Assembly: GCA_963718405.1 (NCBI GenBank)
Contig: CAVQYZ010000004.1
Coordinates: 66,798-130,797, forward strand
DNA from: an uncultured Acidimicrobiaceae bacterium
Lineage (GTDB): Bacteria; Actinomycetota; Acidimicrobiia; Acidimicrobiales; RAAP-2
DNA length: 64,000 nt
Direction of reading: 5' to 3'
The notes under the pieces are model-generated. The model saw nothing but the letters and a program-made list of their open reading frames with translations, did no database searches and was not told the DNA's origin. Shown piece by piece: positions 21,521 through 31,450 of this stretch. The position numbers were made by a program, and so were the translations under genes. Position 1 is the stretch's first letter, and each line of letters begins with the position of its first letter.

Positions 21521-22351
21521 TCAACGGCCGGCGGCCAGGCCCTCGATGACCCGGACCAGATCGTCGCCCCGGCGCCCGGTGAAGCCGTCGGCCCCGAGGC
21601 GACGGGCATGGTCGGCGTCGGTGACGGCGGCTCCCCCCAGCAAGACCGTGGTGCCGGGAAGGGCCTCATGCAGATGGGTGACCACCCGGCGGGCCGAGGT
21701 CGTCGAGGCCCGGGTGGTGCAGGCCATGGCCACGGCCAACAGATCAGGCACGCCGGTCAGCGCCTGGGCCAGGGCGTCGGCCGGGGTGTCCGCACCCAGC
21801 TCGATCACGTTGAAGCCGGCCCACCGCAACAGATCGGCGGCGATGGCCACCGGGGCCGAGTGCTGCTCGGACGGCGGCGTGGTGATGACCACGCTGCCGC
21901 GCTTGGGACCGCGGCGGGCGAATCGGGCGCCGAGGCGCGAGATGAGCCGAACGGCCACCGCACTGGCCCGGTGCTCATCGGCCACGGTGAGTTCGCCGGC
22001 GTGCCAGCGCTCCCCGATGGATTCGAGGGCCGGGGCCACCAGCTGCAGGAGGACCTGGGAAGGAGAGTGGTCGGAGGCCAGGGCGGCTTCGAGCACACCC
22101 CAGGCGCCTGGTTCGTCGCCGGCCAGGAGCCGGGCCTCGAGCTGCTTGGCCGTGGCGGCCCGGGCCCCCGGCTTCCGGCCGCGGTGGGGGGAAGCCGGCC
22201 TCATCCGGGCCAGGTCATCGGGGTCGACCTGCCAACCACCGCCGACGCGGGTGGCCGGGAGCTTGCCGGTGCGGACGTAGCGATAGACGGTCATGTAATG
22301 CACGCCCAACGTGTCCGCCGCCTCCTGCAGGGTCAATGGCGCTTTTGGCAT
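21521..22351 (-). CDS. transcriptional regulator: excisionase-type (MerR-superfamily) HTH + cobalamin-binding domain
   Basis: N-terminus LTLQEAADTLGVHYMTVYRYVRTGKLPATRVGGGW (HTH_17 type). C-terminal Rossmann-like B12-binding module VVITTPPSEQHSAPVAIAADLLRWAGFNVIELG...LLAVAMACTT...VLLGGAAV. Confidence 0.75.
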   Translation of the reverse strand: MPKAPLTLQEAADTLGVHYMTVYRYVRTGKLPATRVGGGWQVDPDDLARMRPASPHRGRKPGARAATAKQLEARLLAGDEPGAWGVLEAALASDHSPSQVLLQLVAPALESIGERWHAGELTVADEHRASAVAVRLISRLGARFARRGPKRGSVVITTPPSEQHSAPVAIAADLLRWAGFNVIELGADTPADALAQALTGVPDLLAVAMACTTRASTTSARRVVTHLHEALPGTTVLLGGAAVTDADHARRLGADGFTGRRGDDLVRVIEGLAAGR

Positions 22352-22386
22352 CTGGGCTTTCTCGACTCCGGCTCGCTGTCGGCGAA

Positions 22387-22402
22387 TTTAGCAGTAAATA
22401 CA
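22387..22402. promoter_or_regulatory. AT-rich motif TTTAGCAGTAAATACA (copy 2)
   Basis: Lies in the 117-bp divergent region between the B12-domain regulator and the STAND regulator. Matches copy 1 at 12 of 14 positions (TTTAGnAnTAAATA). Confidence 0.35.
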
Positions 22403-22468
22403 GGGGACAGGGAGACGTGACCCGTCGGCCCGGCACCTGCTCCCCGCGGTCTCCACGGAGTCCGAACC

Positions 22469-25015
22469 ATGGCCGCGGCTACGGTCAAGGAGGTGATCCG
22501 ATTCGCCGACTGCGAGTTGAACCTGGACCGCATCGTCCTGCGACGGGGTGGCGAGGAGATCCGGGTCGAGCCTCAGGTATTCGACGTGCTGGCCTACCTC
22601 GTCCAGCACCGCGGCACGGTGGTGCGCAAGGAGGAACTGCTCGACGCCATCTGGGGCGATCGATTCGTGAGCGAGTCCGCCCTCACCACGCGGATCAAGG
22701 CGGTCCGCCAGGCCGTCGGTGACGACGGCAGCCAGCAGTTGATCATCCGGACGGTGCATGGCAGGGGCTACGAGTTCGTGGCGGCGGTGGAGGAGATGGA
22801 CGAGGGTCGGTCCGACGTGGCCCGGCTGCCCCTGGCCGCGGGAGCTTCCATCGGCGTCCGCCTGCAGCCGTTGATCGGTCGCGAGACGTTGCTGGAGCAG
22901 CTGGGCGAGATGATCGTCGACCACCGGCTGGTCACGTTGATCGGTCCGGGGGGCGTGGGGAAGACCTCGCTGGCCATGGAGCTGGCCCGCACGGTCGGTG
23001 GCCACTTCGAGGACGGTGTCCACGTGGTGGAGTTGGTGGGCGTCATCGATCCGGACGCCACCGCCGCCGCTCTGGCCACGGCCGTCGACGTCAACCTGCG
23101 GAGGTCGAGCTCCATCGACGATGCCATCGTCGATCTGCTGCGCTCCCGGCACACACTGTTGGTGCTGGACAATTGCGAGCACCTCATCGAGCCGGTGGCC
23201 GAGCTGGTGGCGCGCCTCCTCCGCGACGCCCCGGCCATCTCGATCGTGGCCACCAGCCGCGAGCCCCTGGCGGTGGCCGGTGAGCGCCTCTGGACCGTGG
23301 ACCCCCTGCCCACCGGGCCCGAGGATCTGTCGGCGTCCGATGCCGGGCTCGGCCAGCTGGCCGACATTCCGGCCGTGGCCCTCTTCGTGGCCCGGGCCAA
23401 GGCCGCCGATCCCTCCTTCGCCCTCGACGAGGCCACCGGTCCCCTGGTGGCCGAGATCTGCCGGCGCCTCGACGGGATCCCCCTGGCCATCGAGCTGGCG
23501 GCAGCCCGGGCCCGGGCCATCGGCGTGGTCGAAGTGGCCCAGCGGCTGGACCAGCGCTTCGGGGTGCTCAAAGCCATGCGGAGAGGGAGCGATCCGCGCC
23601 ACCGGACCATGCACGACGCCATCAGCTGGTCGTACGACATGCTCGAACCTGACGAGCGGGACCTGTTCACCTCGCTGTCGGTGCTGGCCGGATCGTTCGA
23701 TCTCCACTCGGCCGAAGCCATGGCGCCAGGGGTCGACACGCTCGACGTGTTGACCCGACTCACCGAGCGCTCCATGCTGGCCGTGCGTCCCCAGGCCGGG
23801 GGTTCGACCCGCTACGAGCTGCTCGAGACGCTCCGCGAGTACGGGCGGGCCCGCCTGAGTGACGCCCAGTCCGCCGAGCTGTTCGCCACCCACGCCCGGC
23901 ATTTCGCGGCCGAGGCCGAAGCAGTGGAGGCGGAGCTGGGTGGTCCCGGTGAAGGTGATGCCAGCACCTGGGCAGGATCCTCGCTGGCCGACCTTCGGGC
24001 CGCCCAGCGCTTCGCCCTCGAGCTCGGGGCCTTCGACATCACCTTCGGTCTCATCGGCTCGATCCGTGAGTTCGCCATGCGGGCCATGCGCTACGAGGTC
24101 TTCACCTGGGCCGACGCCGCCTGCCAGGCGCCGGGGGCGCTGGACCACCCCCTGGCCCCCCTGCTGACCGGGATCCGGGCCTACGGCGCCTGGGTACGCG
24201 GCGAATTCGATCTGGCGGTAAAGCTGGCGGAGGAGACCCGCCACCTCGAGGACCGGCTGTCGGTCTTTCCCAGTGGCCTGGCTGAGCGGACCTTGGCCAA
24301 CGTGCTGTACCTGGAGGGCGACCCGACGAGGGGCCACGCCGAGGCCCTCCGCCAGATCGAGCTGGCCGAGGAGTCGGGGAACCGGTCGCGGCTGGTCCAC
24401 GCCTGCTACCTGGGGGCGGTGGGCCACAGCTCCAACGACGCCTACGACGAGGCCGAATCCCTCATCGAACGGGCCCACCGGGCGGCCAAGCTGACGGCAT
24501 CGCCGACCGACCTGGCCTCGGTGGCGGTGGCCCGCGGGTTTGCCAGCAGAACCGAGGACGAGGCCCTGGAGGCCTTCACCGCCAGTGCCCGCATAGCCCG
24601 TGCCGCCGGGAACCGCTGGATGCACGGGTTCGCCTTCACCGAGGCCAGTGGGCTGCTGGTCTCCCGGGGCCAGCTCGAGGTGGGGTGCGCCGGTCTGGCC
24701 GACATGGTCGGAGTCTGGGACCGCGCCGGGGACTGGTCCCAGCAGTGGCACACCTTGTCGCGCTGTGCCATCGCCCTGGATCAGATGGGCCAGGACGAGC
24801 TGGCCATCGAACTGCTCGGAGCCATCGAGAGGCACGCCATGCTGGGTGTGGCACCGATGTCGAGCACCCTGCACGACCTGGCCTTTGCCACCAGGGACCG
24901 GCTGGTGGACACCCTGGGGGCGGAGCGGGCGGGCGAACTGCTGGCCGCCGGCGCCATCTGCCCGGTCGAAGACATCGTGTTGCGGACCCGCCGGGCGCTC
25001 ATCGGGGCCGGCTGA
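22469..25015 (+). CDS. AfsR/SARP-like STAND regulator (OmpR-type winged helix + NB-ARC P-loop NTPase + TPR-like C-terminus)
   Basis: N-terminus FADCELNLDRIVLRRGGEEIRVEPQVFDVLAYLV...IRTVHGRGYEF. Walker A GPGGVGKTSLA and Walker B LLVLDNCEH. Long helical-repeat tail. Intact 848-aa ORF. Confidence 0.8.
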   Translation: MAAATVKEVIRFADCELNLDRIVLRRGGEEIRVEPQVFDVLAYLVQHRGTVVRKEELLDAIWGDRFVSESALTTRIKAVRQAVGDDGSQQLIIRTVHGRGYEFVAAVEEMDEGRSDVARLPLAAGASIGVRLQPLIGRETLLEQLGEMIVDHRLVTLIGPGGVGKTSLAMELARTVGGHFEDGVHVVELVGVIDPDATAAALATAVDVNLRRSSSIDDAIVDLLRSRHTLLVLDNCEHLIEPVAELVARLLRDAPAISIVATSREPLAVAGERLWTVDPLPTGPEDLSASDAGLGQLADIPAVALFVARAKAADPSFALDEATGPLVAEICRRLDGIPLAIELAAARARAIGVVEVAQRLDQRFGVLKAMRRGSDPRHRTMHDAISWSYDMLEPDERDLFTSLSVLAGSFDLHSAEAMAPGVDTLDVLTRLTERSMLAVRPQAGGSTRYELLETLREYGRARLSDAQSAELFATHARHFAAEAEAVEAELGGPGEGDASTWAGSSLADLRAAQRFALELGAFDITFGLIGSIREFAMRAMRYEVFTWADAACQAPGALDHPLAPLLTGIRAYGAWVRGEFDLAVKLAEETRHLEDRLSVFPSGLAERTLANVLYLEGDPTRGHAEALRQIELAEESGNRSRLVHACYLGAVGHSSNDAYDEAESLIERAHRAAKLTASPTDLASVAVARGFASRTEDEALEAFTASARIARAAGNRWMHGFAFTEASGLLVSRGQLEVGCAGLADMVGVWDRAGDWSQQWHTLSRCAIALDQMGQDELAIELLGAIERHAMLGVAPMSSTLHDLAFATRDRLVDTLGAERAGELLAAGAICPVEDIVLRTRRALIGAG

Positions 25016-25024
25016 CCCCAGGCG

Positions 25025-26279
25025 TCAGCGTGACGTCAGGGTGCGGGCCCGACCGACGGACTCCAGGTACCCGACCAGGTGTTGACCGAGATCGGCGGCG
25101 TCGAGGCCCAGCCCGGCCAGCAGGTTCGAACGGCGACGCCGGAGGAAGGGGAGCCCCAGGAGGTAGAGGCCCGGCAGGCTGGCCACACCGCCGTCGTGGT
25201 CGACCCGGCCGCGCCGGTCGAGGGCCCGGGGATCCAACCAGCCGTACGTGGGGCGGAAGCCGGTGGCCCAGACCACCGTCCCGAAGCGGGCCAGGTCGAG
25301 CTCGGTGGGCACCTGGTGGAGGACGGTCGGGCTCGGCTCGACGGCCGGGCCGACCAGATGGGCCATCCGGTGCCGGTCGACCCACTGGTCGATGCGGCGG
25401 AGGAGCCGGGCCTCCTTCAGATCGGCGTTGGCCACCAGGCTCCCCAGGCCCCCTGAGCACAACGCCGTCCGGCCCCGGACGGCCATGAGGCGCCCCACCG
25501 GTTGGACGCCGAGCTCCTGTAGCGAGGCGAGGTCCACCTCCCGTCCCTCGTCACTGCCGACCACCTGCACCGAGGCGTGCCGGCGGGCCCGCTGGAGGTC
25601 CTCCACCTCGTCCCACCGCTCGTCCAGCTGGCCGATCCGGTCCAGCCACCGGTAGATGTCCCATCCCCGGTACGAACGGGGCAACCGTATGTGCTCGCCG
25701 ACGGCGATGGTCACCTCGCGGCCGGCCCGCGCCAGCTCGTCGGCGATCTGGACCCCGGAGGCCGAAGCTCCCACCACCAACACCCGGCCCCCGTCGTCGA
25801 TCTGGGCCGGCCGTCGGTAGGACAGGGAGGTGAGCTGTTGCGACGGCCTGGGGGAGTTCGGAGGCCAGAGCCGGCACCCGGGGCTCACTGGACCCCCCGG
25901 TAGCCGCCACCACGGCGTCGCACCGCCAGGTCCCCCCGGTGGTGCGGACCTCGAATCCGGAGCCGGTTCGACACGCCGCCTCCACCTCGACTCCGACGTG
26001 GAGGGGCGGGTCGAAGGAGCGTCGGTAGGCCTCCAGGGTCGAGACGGTCTCCGCCGCGGTCATGTACCCGTCCGGGTCGTCACCCTCGTAGCGGGTGCCG
26101 GGCAGTGCCGTCATCCAGTTGGGGGTCAGCAGGCGGAGCGAGTCCCAGCGTTCGGTTCGCCACGAGTTGGCCACCTCTCCCCGTTCGAGCAGCACATGGT
26201 CGATGCCGGCCCCGGTGAGGCCGTGGCTCATGGCCAGACCACCGGGGCCGGCTCCGACGATGACGACCGACGTATGCAC
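25025..26279 (-). CDS. FAD/NAD(P)-binding flavin-monooxygenase-like oxidoreductase; frameshift near 25850
   Basis: MHTSVVIVGAGPGGLAM (first GxGxxG) in ORF 25551-26279. Second dinucleotide site RVLVVGASASGVQIADEL and ATGFRP in ORF 25025-25888. Confidence 0.7.
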
Positions 26280-26309
26280 TGTCAGGCTCTCCGTAGCGCC
26301 TGGTGTGGT

Positions 26310-26873
26310 TCAGGCCACCGTGACCTGGACGGTGGTGGGGTTGGTGATGATGTCGAAGACCGCGGATCGCTTCTGGGACTGCGCCACGATGGCCTCGATG
26401 TCGGCGGGACTGGCATCGGCGTCGATGTCGAACCGCACGTCGATGCGGTCGAAGCCGTTGCGGACGTCAGCGTCGATGCCGAGGATGCCCTGGAGGTCCA
26501 TCCCCCCCTGCACGGTGGCGGTCACCGAGCGCAGCTGGACGCCGCGGTTGGTGGCCACGGTGGCCACGCCGGCGGTCAGGCAGGAGGCCAGGGCCCCGAG
26601 GACGATCTCCGGAGGGGTCACCCCGTTGTCCTCCGAGGCGAAGACCTCGGGGTGGTCCGCCTCGATGGTGTAGGCCTGCCGGTGGGAGTGCTGGTCGCCG
26701 AGGCCGGAGAAGTCGGTGATGGTGGAGCGGCTGTGCGTGCCGCTCACCCACTCGCAGCGGGCCCGCCACTGGAACTGCGCGGCCTCGGGCGCATCGGTCA
26801 GCGCCTGGCGGGCGCCCCGGAGGGCCTCGATGTTGACGCCGTTGTCGACGGTGGGGGCTTCGGTCTGGGTCAT
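26310..26873 (-). CDS. OsmC family protein (peroxiredoxin-like)
   Basis: PPEIVLGALASCLTAGV core of OsmC/Ohr. Intact 187-aa ORF. Confidence 0.85.
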   Translation of the reverse strand: MTQTEAPTVDNGVNIEALRGARQALTDAPEAAQFQWRARCEWVSGTHSRSTITDFSGLGDQHSHRQAYTIEADHPEVFASEDNGVTPPEIVLGALASCLTAGVATVATNRGVQLRSVTATVQGGMDLQGILGIDADVRNGFDRIDVRFDIDADASPADIEAIVAQSQKRSAVFDIITNPTTVQVTVA

Positions 26874-27014
26874 GGTGGGTCCTCTCGGTCGGTGTGCGAC
26901 AGCGGGATGTCGTCGCTGACTCCACTATCGGGGATGGCCGCCCGCAGGTCATGAAGACGGGGTGGTTATCCCCTGACCGTCGTCACCAGGAGATCTTCAC
27001 AAGAACTTCAAGAC

Positions 27015-27866
27015 TTGTCCGATCGCCGGCCTGATGATGGAACCATGACATCCCACTACGAAGACACGGACACGGCGGTACCGCCCCACCGCTGGGAGGA
27101 GGCGGGGGAGGCCTGGGGGAGCCGGGCCGTCGACTGGTCGTGCCTCTACGAGCACTACTCGCTCGACGTGTTGGTGGCGCTGCTCCCGAGGCTCGGCGTC
27201 GGCCCGGGGACCTCGCTCCTCGACGTGGCCTGCGGTTCGGGATTGGCCGTCCGGGTGGCCGCGGGCATGGGGGCCGACGTGGCCGGCATCGACGCCGCCG
27301 CCGAGCTCATCGGGGTGGCGTGCGACCGCACCCCGACCGCGGACCTGCGGGTCGGGTCGATGTTCGAGCTCCCCTGGGCCGACGGGCGGTTCGACGCCGT
27401 CCTGTCGGTGAACGGCATCTGGGGCGGCTGCGGGGTGGCGCTGGAGGAAGCCCATCGGGTGCTGCGACCCGGGGGGCTGGTGGCCATCAGCTTTTGGGGG
27501 CCGGGGCCACCCCTGGACATCCGGGAGGTGTTCAAGGTCTTTGCGTCGCACGCTCCCGAGCAGCACCGGAACTCCATGCGACGCCTCAACGACATCGCCG
27601 CGCCGGGCGTGGCCGAGGAGATGTTGGAGAGGAGTGGCTTCTCGGTGCTGGAGCGCGGCGGTCGGGTCTCGACCATGGAATGGCCGGACGCCGACACGGC
27701 ATGGCGGGCCATATCCAGCGTGGGACAGGCGGTTCCGGCCCTGGGCTCGACCGATGCGACCATCCTGCGCCAGGCCGTGCTGGCCGCCCTCGAGCCGTGC
27801 CGGGATCGGCGTGGGGTGTACCGCACCCGCAGCGACCACCAGTTCGTGGTGGCCAGACGGCGGTAG
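27015..27866 (+). CDS. class I SAM-dependent methyltransferase
   Basis: Motif I LLDVACGSGLAV. Post-I GIDAAAELI. FDAVLSVNGIW and LRPGGLVAISFW. The start may be the ATG at 27045 rather than the TTG at 27015. Confidence 0.8.
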   Translation: MSDRRPDDGTMTSHYEDTDTAVPPHRWEEAGEAWGSRAVDWSCLYEHYSLDVLVALLPRLGVGPGTSLLDVACGSGLAVRVAAGMGADVAGIDAAAELIGVACDRTPTADLRVGSMFELPWADGRFDAVLSVNGIWGGCGVALEEAHRVLRPGGLVAISFWGPGPPLDIREVFKVFASHAPEQHRNSMRRLNDIAAPGVAEEMLERSGFSVLERGGRVSTMEWPDADTAWRAISSVGQAVPALGSTDATILRQAVLAALEPCRDRRGVYRTRSDHQFVVARRR

Positions 27867-27999
27867 TCGGGAGTCACGCTACGGGGCTCGACAGGCTCAG
27901 CCGGTAGGATCCCGACGGTTCAGCTGCCGCCGAGGCGGGGCGGAAGGTTGACGGATCACCACCACCCGTCCAGGTGCCGGGCAGAGGGGGAGTCGGTGC

Positions 28000-29445
28000 G
28001 TGATGCCGCAGGGGGTTCAGAGCGCCGGAAGAGCTTCGGCGGTGCCCGGTGGGCCTTCCTTGAGAGGCGGGCGACCGGCGCACCATGGCCGTCCCCAGGT
28101 CTGGGTGGTGGCGAGCCTGGCCGTCGCAGTGCTCTCGGCCTGCGCGGCCACCGGGCCGGCCGCCGAGACCCAGGCGGCACCGCCAGCACGGCCAAGGCCG
28201 GGACGGTCTCGCCCAAGGACTCCCCGGACCACCGTGGCGCACCAGGCCACATCGACCTCGGCCCCGGCCCGACCGGCCGCCACTACCTGGTCTCTGGTCA
28301 CGGAGCCCGACCAGGGGATGGGGGCCATCTACTCGCTGATGTCCAGCCCCCGGCACACCCTCGATATGACCATGTACGAGCTCTCCGATCCTCAGGCGGT
28401 GGCCATCCTGGAGGCCGACGCCCACCGGGGCGTGGTGGTGCGGGTCCTACTGGACAGCGAGTACGAGAGCTCCTACAACCAGCCCGCCTTCACCTCGCTC
28501 AGCTCCAACGGGGTCCAGGTCCGCTGGGCCCCCTCCGGCACCATCTTCCATCAGAAGACCATCACCGTGGACGATCGGACCTCGGCCATCATGACCCTCA
28601 ACCTGACCAGTGCCTACTACCCGACGTCCCGGGACTTCGCCGTGGTCACATCGGATGCTCAGGATGTGGCCGCCGTCGAACAGGTCTTCAACCAGGACTG
28701 GAGCGGGTCGGGAGCGCCGGTGGCGGGCCCGACCGGCCTCGACCTGGTGTGGTCCCCCGGGGCGGAGGGCCCCATCGTGTCGCTCATCGACTCCGCCCGG
28801 ACCTCCCTGCTCATCGAGAACGAGGAGATGGACGACCCCGCCGTGACGAGCGCCCTGGAGGCCGCGGCCCAGCGGGGGGTCAAGGTGGAGGTGGTCATGA
28901 CCTACTCGTCGTCGTGGGCCGACGCCTTCGGCCAGTTGGTTGGCGCCGGCGTGAAGGTGAGCACCTACCCCAGCAACGGTCCGCTCTACATCCACGCCAA
29001 GGTGGTTGTGGCGGACGGAGCGTCGGTGTTCCTCGGCAGCCAGAACTTCTCCGTGTCGAGCCTCGACTACAACCGGGAGCTGGGCATCATCACCGGCAAT
29101 CCGGCACTGGTCGGAGCGGTCTCCCGGACCGTCAGCGCAGACTTCGCCGGAGCGACCCCGTTTCAGGTCCCCACCGCCACCCCTGGTGCCAGCCCGCCGG
29201 CCACCGGTGGAGGGCCGTCGTGCCGTGCCACGGCGGCGCCGGCCAACGACGGGTACCCCGAGGACTACGACGTCTTGGTGACCTCCAACCAGCCGGACCA
29301 AAAGGCCACGGCGTCAGACGCCAGCAACAGCTGGAGCGAGTACACCAACGGATCCGGGTCGGCGACGATTCTCCTCTACCACACCAGTCCGGGCGAGGAG
29401 ATCACGGTGGCGGTCGGCGGCGCCCAGTGCTCGACCAGCGCCTAG
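28000..29445 (+). CDS. phospholipase D-family lipoprotein with two HKD motifs
   Basis: Lipobox-like VAVLSAC. HKD1 [13 protein letters not shown]2 [21 protein letters not shown]. An extra C-terminal module of about 90 aa contains two Cys. Confidence 0.85.
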   Translation: MMPQGVQSAGRASAVPGGPSLRGGRPAHHGRPQVWVVASLAVAVLSACAATGPAAETQAAPPARPRPGRSRPRTPRTTVAHQATSTSAPARPAATTWSLVTEPDQGMGAIYSLMSSPRHTLDMTMYELSDPQAVAILEADAHRGVVVRVLLDSEYESSYNQPAFTSLSSNGVQVRWAPSGTIFHQKTITVDDRTSAIMTLNLTSAYYPTSRDFAVVTSDAQDVAAVEQVFNQDWSGSGAPVAGPTGLDLVWSPGAEGPIVSLIDSARTSLLIENEEMDDPAVTSALEAAAQRGVKVEVVMTYSSSWADAFGQLVGAGVKVSTYPSNGPLYIHAKVVVADGASVFLGSQNFSVSSLDYNRELGIITGNPALVGAVSRTVSADFAGATPFQVPTATPGASPPATGGGPSCRATAAPANDGYPEDYDVLVTSNQPDQKATASDASNSWSEYTNGSGSATILLYHTSPGEEITVAVGGAQCSTSA

Positions 29446-31294
29446 CGCCTGTCTGCCTCTCCAAGGGCGCCGGCTGATCGAACCGGCGGTCTGGCTCTTG
29501 CTCGGCCGGCTCTGCCCGTTGCACCTTCACTCCGGCGAAGTCGGGTGCCTGGCGCCACCGCTCGAGGTAGCCGACGTACTCCAGGAGGCTTCCGGAGTAG
29601 GTGAGATTCCGGGCGGCTCGGGTGTCTATGGCCTGCTGCTCGCTGTTGTAGAAGCTGGGCGTGCAGCTTTGGAAGTAGCGGGCCCCGCCGATTCCCACAC
29701 GGTGGAGCACGGCCAGCCACTCGTCCTCGGCGGCCTCCTCGGGCTCGATGGCGGTGATGCCCTGTTCCACGCAGGCCTCCACGATGGAAGCCACGTGCTT
29801 GGCCGACTCGGAGAGAAGGTGCGAGAAGTTGGTGCCAAACCCCCCTTGGACCAGGCTGATCAGGAGCAGGTTGGGAAACCCACTGGCCAGCACCCCGTGC
29901 AGGGTGTGGGCGCCCTCGGCCCACCGCTCCGAGAGCCTCACCCCGTGTCGACCCTTGGGGTCAAAGCCGAGCCGCTGGTGCAGATCGGTGGTGACCTCGA
30001 AGCCGGAGGCGTAGATCAGCAGGTCCACCGGGTACTCGACCCCGTTCACCACGGGGCCGCGGGTGGTCAGCTTGTCGACGCCGCGCCCGTTGGTGTCCAC
30101 CAGGTGGACGTTGGGCCGGTTGAACGCCGGGAGATACTCGTCGTGAAAGCAGACCCGCTTGCAGTGCTTGCCCCAGTAGGGCTTGAGCTTCTCGGCCGTC
30201 TCGGGGTCCTCGACGATCTCGTCGACCCGGCGCCGGATGGCTTCCATGGTCTCGAAGTCGGACCGTTCGAGGGCCTCGGCCTCTTCCTCCGAAGCGGCCT
30301 CCCGGGTATCGACCCACATCACTTCGGTCCACCCGTCATGGACCAGGTCCACCTCGGGTTGGGCCCCGGTCACCGCCTGGGTGAAGTTGACGATCCGCTT
30401 CTCCTGCCACCCGGGTTCGAGACTCTGGAACCACTCGACGTCGGTGGGCTGCTGGTCGCGGACTCCCACCGCCCCCGGGGTTCGCTGGAAGACGTACAGC
30501 TCCTGGGCCACCCGGGCGATCTGGGGCACCACCTGCACCGCGGTGGCCCCGGTGCCGATGATGCCGACGCGCTTGCCGGCCAGGCCGTCCATGGGCTCGG
30601 TGGGGCTGCCGCCGGTATAGCGGTAGTCCCACCTGCTGGTGTGGAAGGACTTGCCCTCGAACTCCTCGATCCCGGGGATCCCCGGCAACTTGGCCTTGTG
30701 CAGGATGCCCCCGGCCAGCACCACGAAACGGCTGGACAGCCTGTCGCCGCGGGAGGTGGTGACCAGCCAGCGCCGTGCTTCCTCGTCCCACTCGGCCCCG
30801 GTCACGTCGGTCTGGAAGAGGGCATGGGGGTACAGGTCGAAGGTGCGGGCCAGAAGCTGGCAGTACCCGTAGATTTCGGTGGCGCTGGCATACCGCTCCG
30901 ACGGCATGAACCCGGTGTCCTCGAGGAGGGGTAGGTAGGTGTACGACTCCACGTCGCACATGCAGCCCGGGTACCGGTTCCAGTACCAGGTGCCGCCGAA
31001 GTCTCCGGCCTTCTCCACGATCCGGAAGTCGTTGATCCCGTGCTTGGTGAGGTCAATGGCCGTCAGCATGCCGGCGAAGCCGCCACCCACGATGACCACG
31101 GTGGTCTCTTCGACCGCCGGATCCCGGGTGAAGCCGGGCTCTACATAAGGATCCCGGTCGAGGTCCTCGAACTCGCCCTTCAGCTCCCGCCACTGGGCCA
31201 TGCCCTCCGGACGCAGGCGCTTCTGCTGCTCCAGCCGGTACCGCTGGCGCAGCTGGTCGATCGATGGGCCCTCTGCGGTGTCGTCCTGTCCCAT
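29402..31294 (-). CDS. Baeyer-Villiger (type I flavin-dependent) monooxygenase
   Basis: [26 protein letters not shown] fingerprint [11 protein letters not shown], second Rossmann motif [12 protein letters not shown]. The 3' end overlaps the convergent PLD gene by 44 nt. Confidence 0.85.
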   Translation of the reverse strand: MGQDDTAEGPSIDQLRQRYRLEQQKRLRPEGMAQWRELKGEFEDLDRDPYVEPGFTRDPAVEETTVVIVGGGFAGMLTAIDLTKHGINDFRIVEKAGDFGGTWYWNRYPGCMCDVESYTYLPLLEDTGFMPSERYASATEIYGYCQLLARTFDLYPHALFQTDVTGAEWDEEARRWLVTTSRGDRLSSRFVVLAGGILHKAKLPGIPGIEEFEGKSFHTSRWDYRYTGGSPTEPMDGLAGKRVGIIGTGATAVQVVPQIARVAQELYVFQRTPGAVGVRDQQPTDVEWFQSLEPGWQEKRIVNFTQAVTGAQPEVDLVHDGWTEVMWVDTREAASEEEAEALERSDFETMEAIRRRVDEIVEDPETAEKLKPYWGKHCKRVCFHDEYLPAFNRPNVHLVDTNGRGVDKLTTRGPVVNGVEYPVDLLIYASGFEVTTDLHQRLGFDPKGRHGVRLSERWAEGAHTLHGVLASGFPNLLLISLVQGGFGTNFSHLLSESAKHVASIVEACVEQGITAIEPEEAAEDEWLAVLHRVGIGGARYFQSCTPSFYNSEQQAIDTRAARNLTYSGSLLEYVGYLERWRQAPDFAGVKVQRAEPAEQEPDRRFDQPAPLERQTGARRWSSTGRRRPPP

Positions 31295-31450
31295 GGCTGT
31301 CTGTCGCTCTTCCCCTGTGGATGGCAATGGCCGGCTCGATGACTCGTAAGGCGTGACGATCCTGACACGCCCACCATCAGAGTACGAAGCAGCCGCTGAC
31401 CTCTGAGCGGCCAGGCCCGTCGGTCGAACCTGCGGCTTCGATAGGCGGGA

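Noticed and set aside
22388-24874. 828-aa minus-strand ORF, and similar long ORFs on the track: 7907-9163 (+), 10616-11653 (-), 17668-18273 (-), 20453-21247 (-), 26095-26954 (+), 28447-29301 (-), 29498-30934 (+), 42086-42811 (-), 46119-46943 (-).
   Set aside because: They lie antisense to genes with clear family signatures. Their translations are low-complexity and rich in R, G, P and A. In DNA of roughly 70% GC, stop codons are rare on the opposite strand, so these are shadow ORFs.
26999-27018. ACAAG-N10-CTTGT inverted repeat with CTTCA(CA)AGA / CTTCAAGA direct repeats between the OsmC and methyltransferase genes.
   Set aside because: The arms are only 5 bp and no regulator gene is adjacent. 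The repeat overlaps a possible TTG start at 27015. It could easily be chance.
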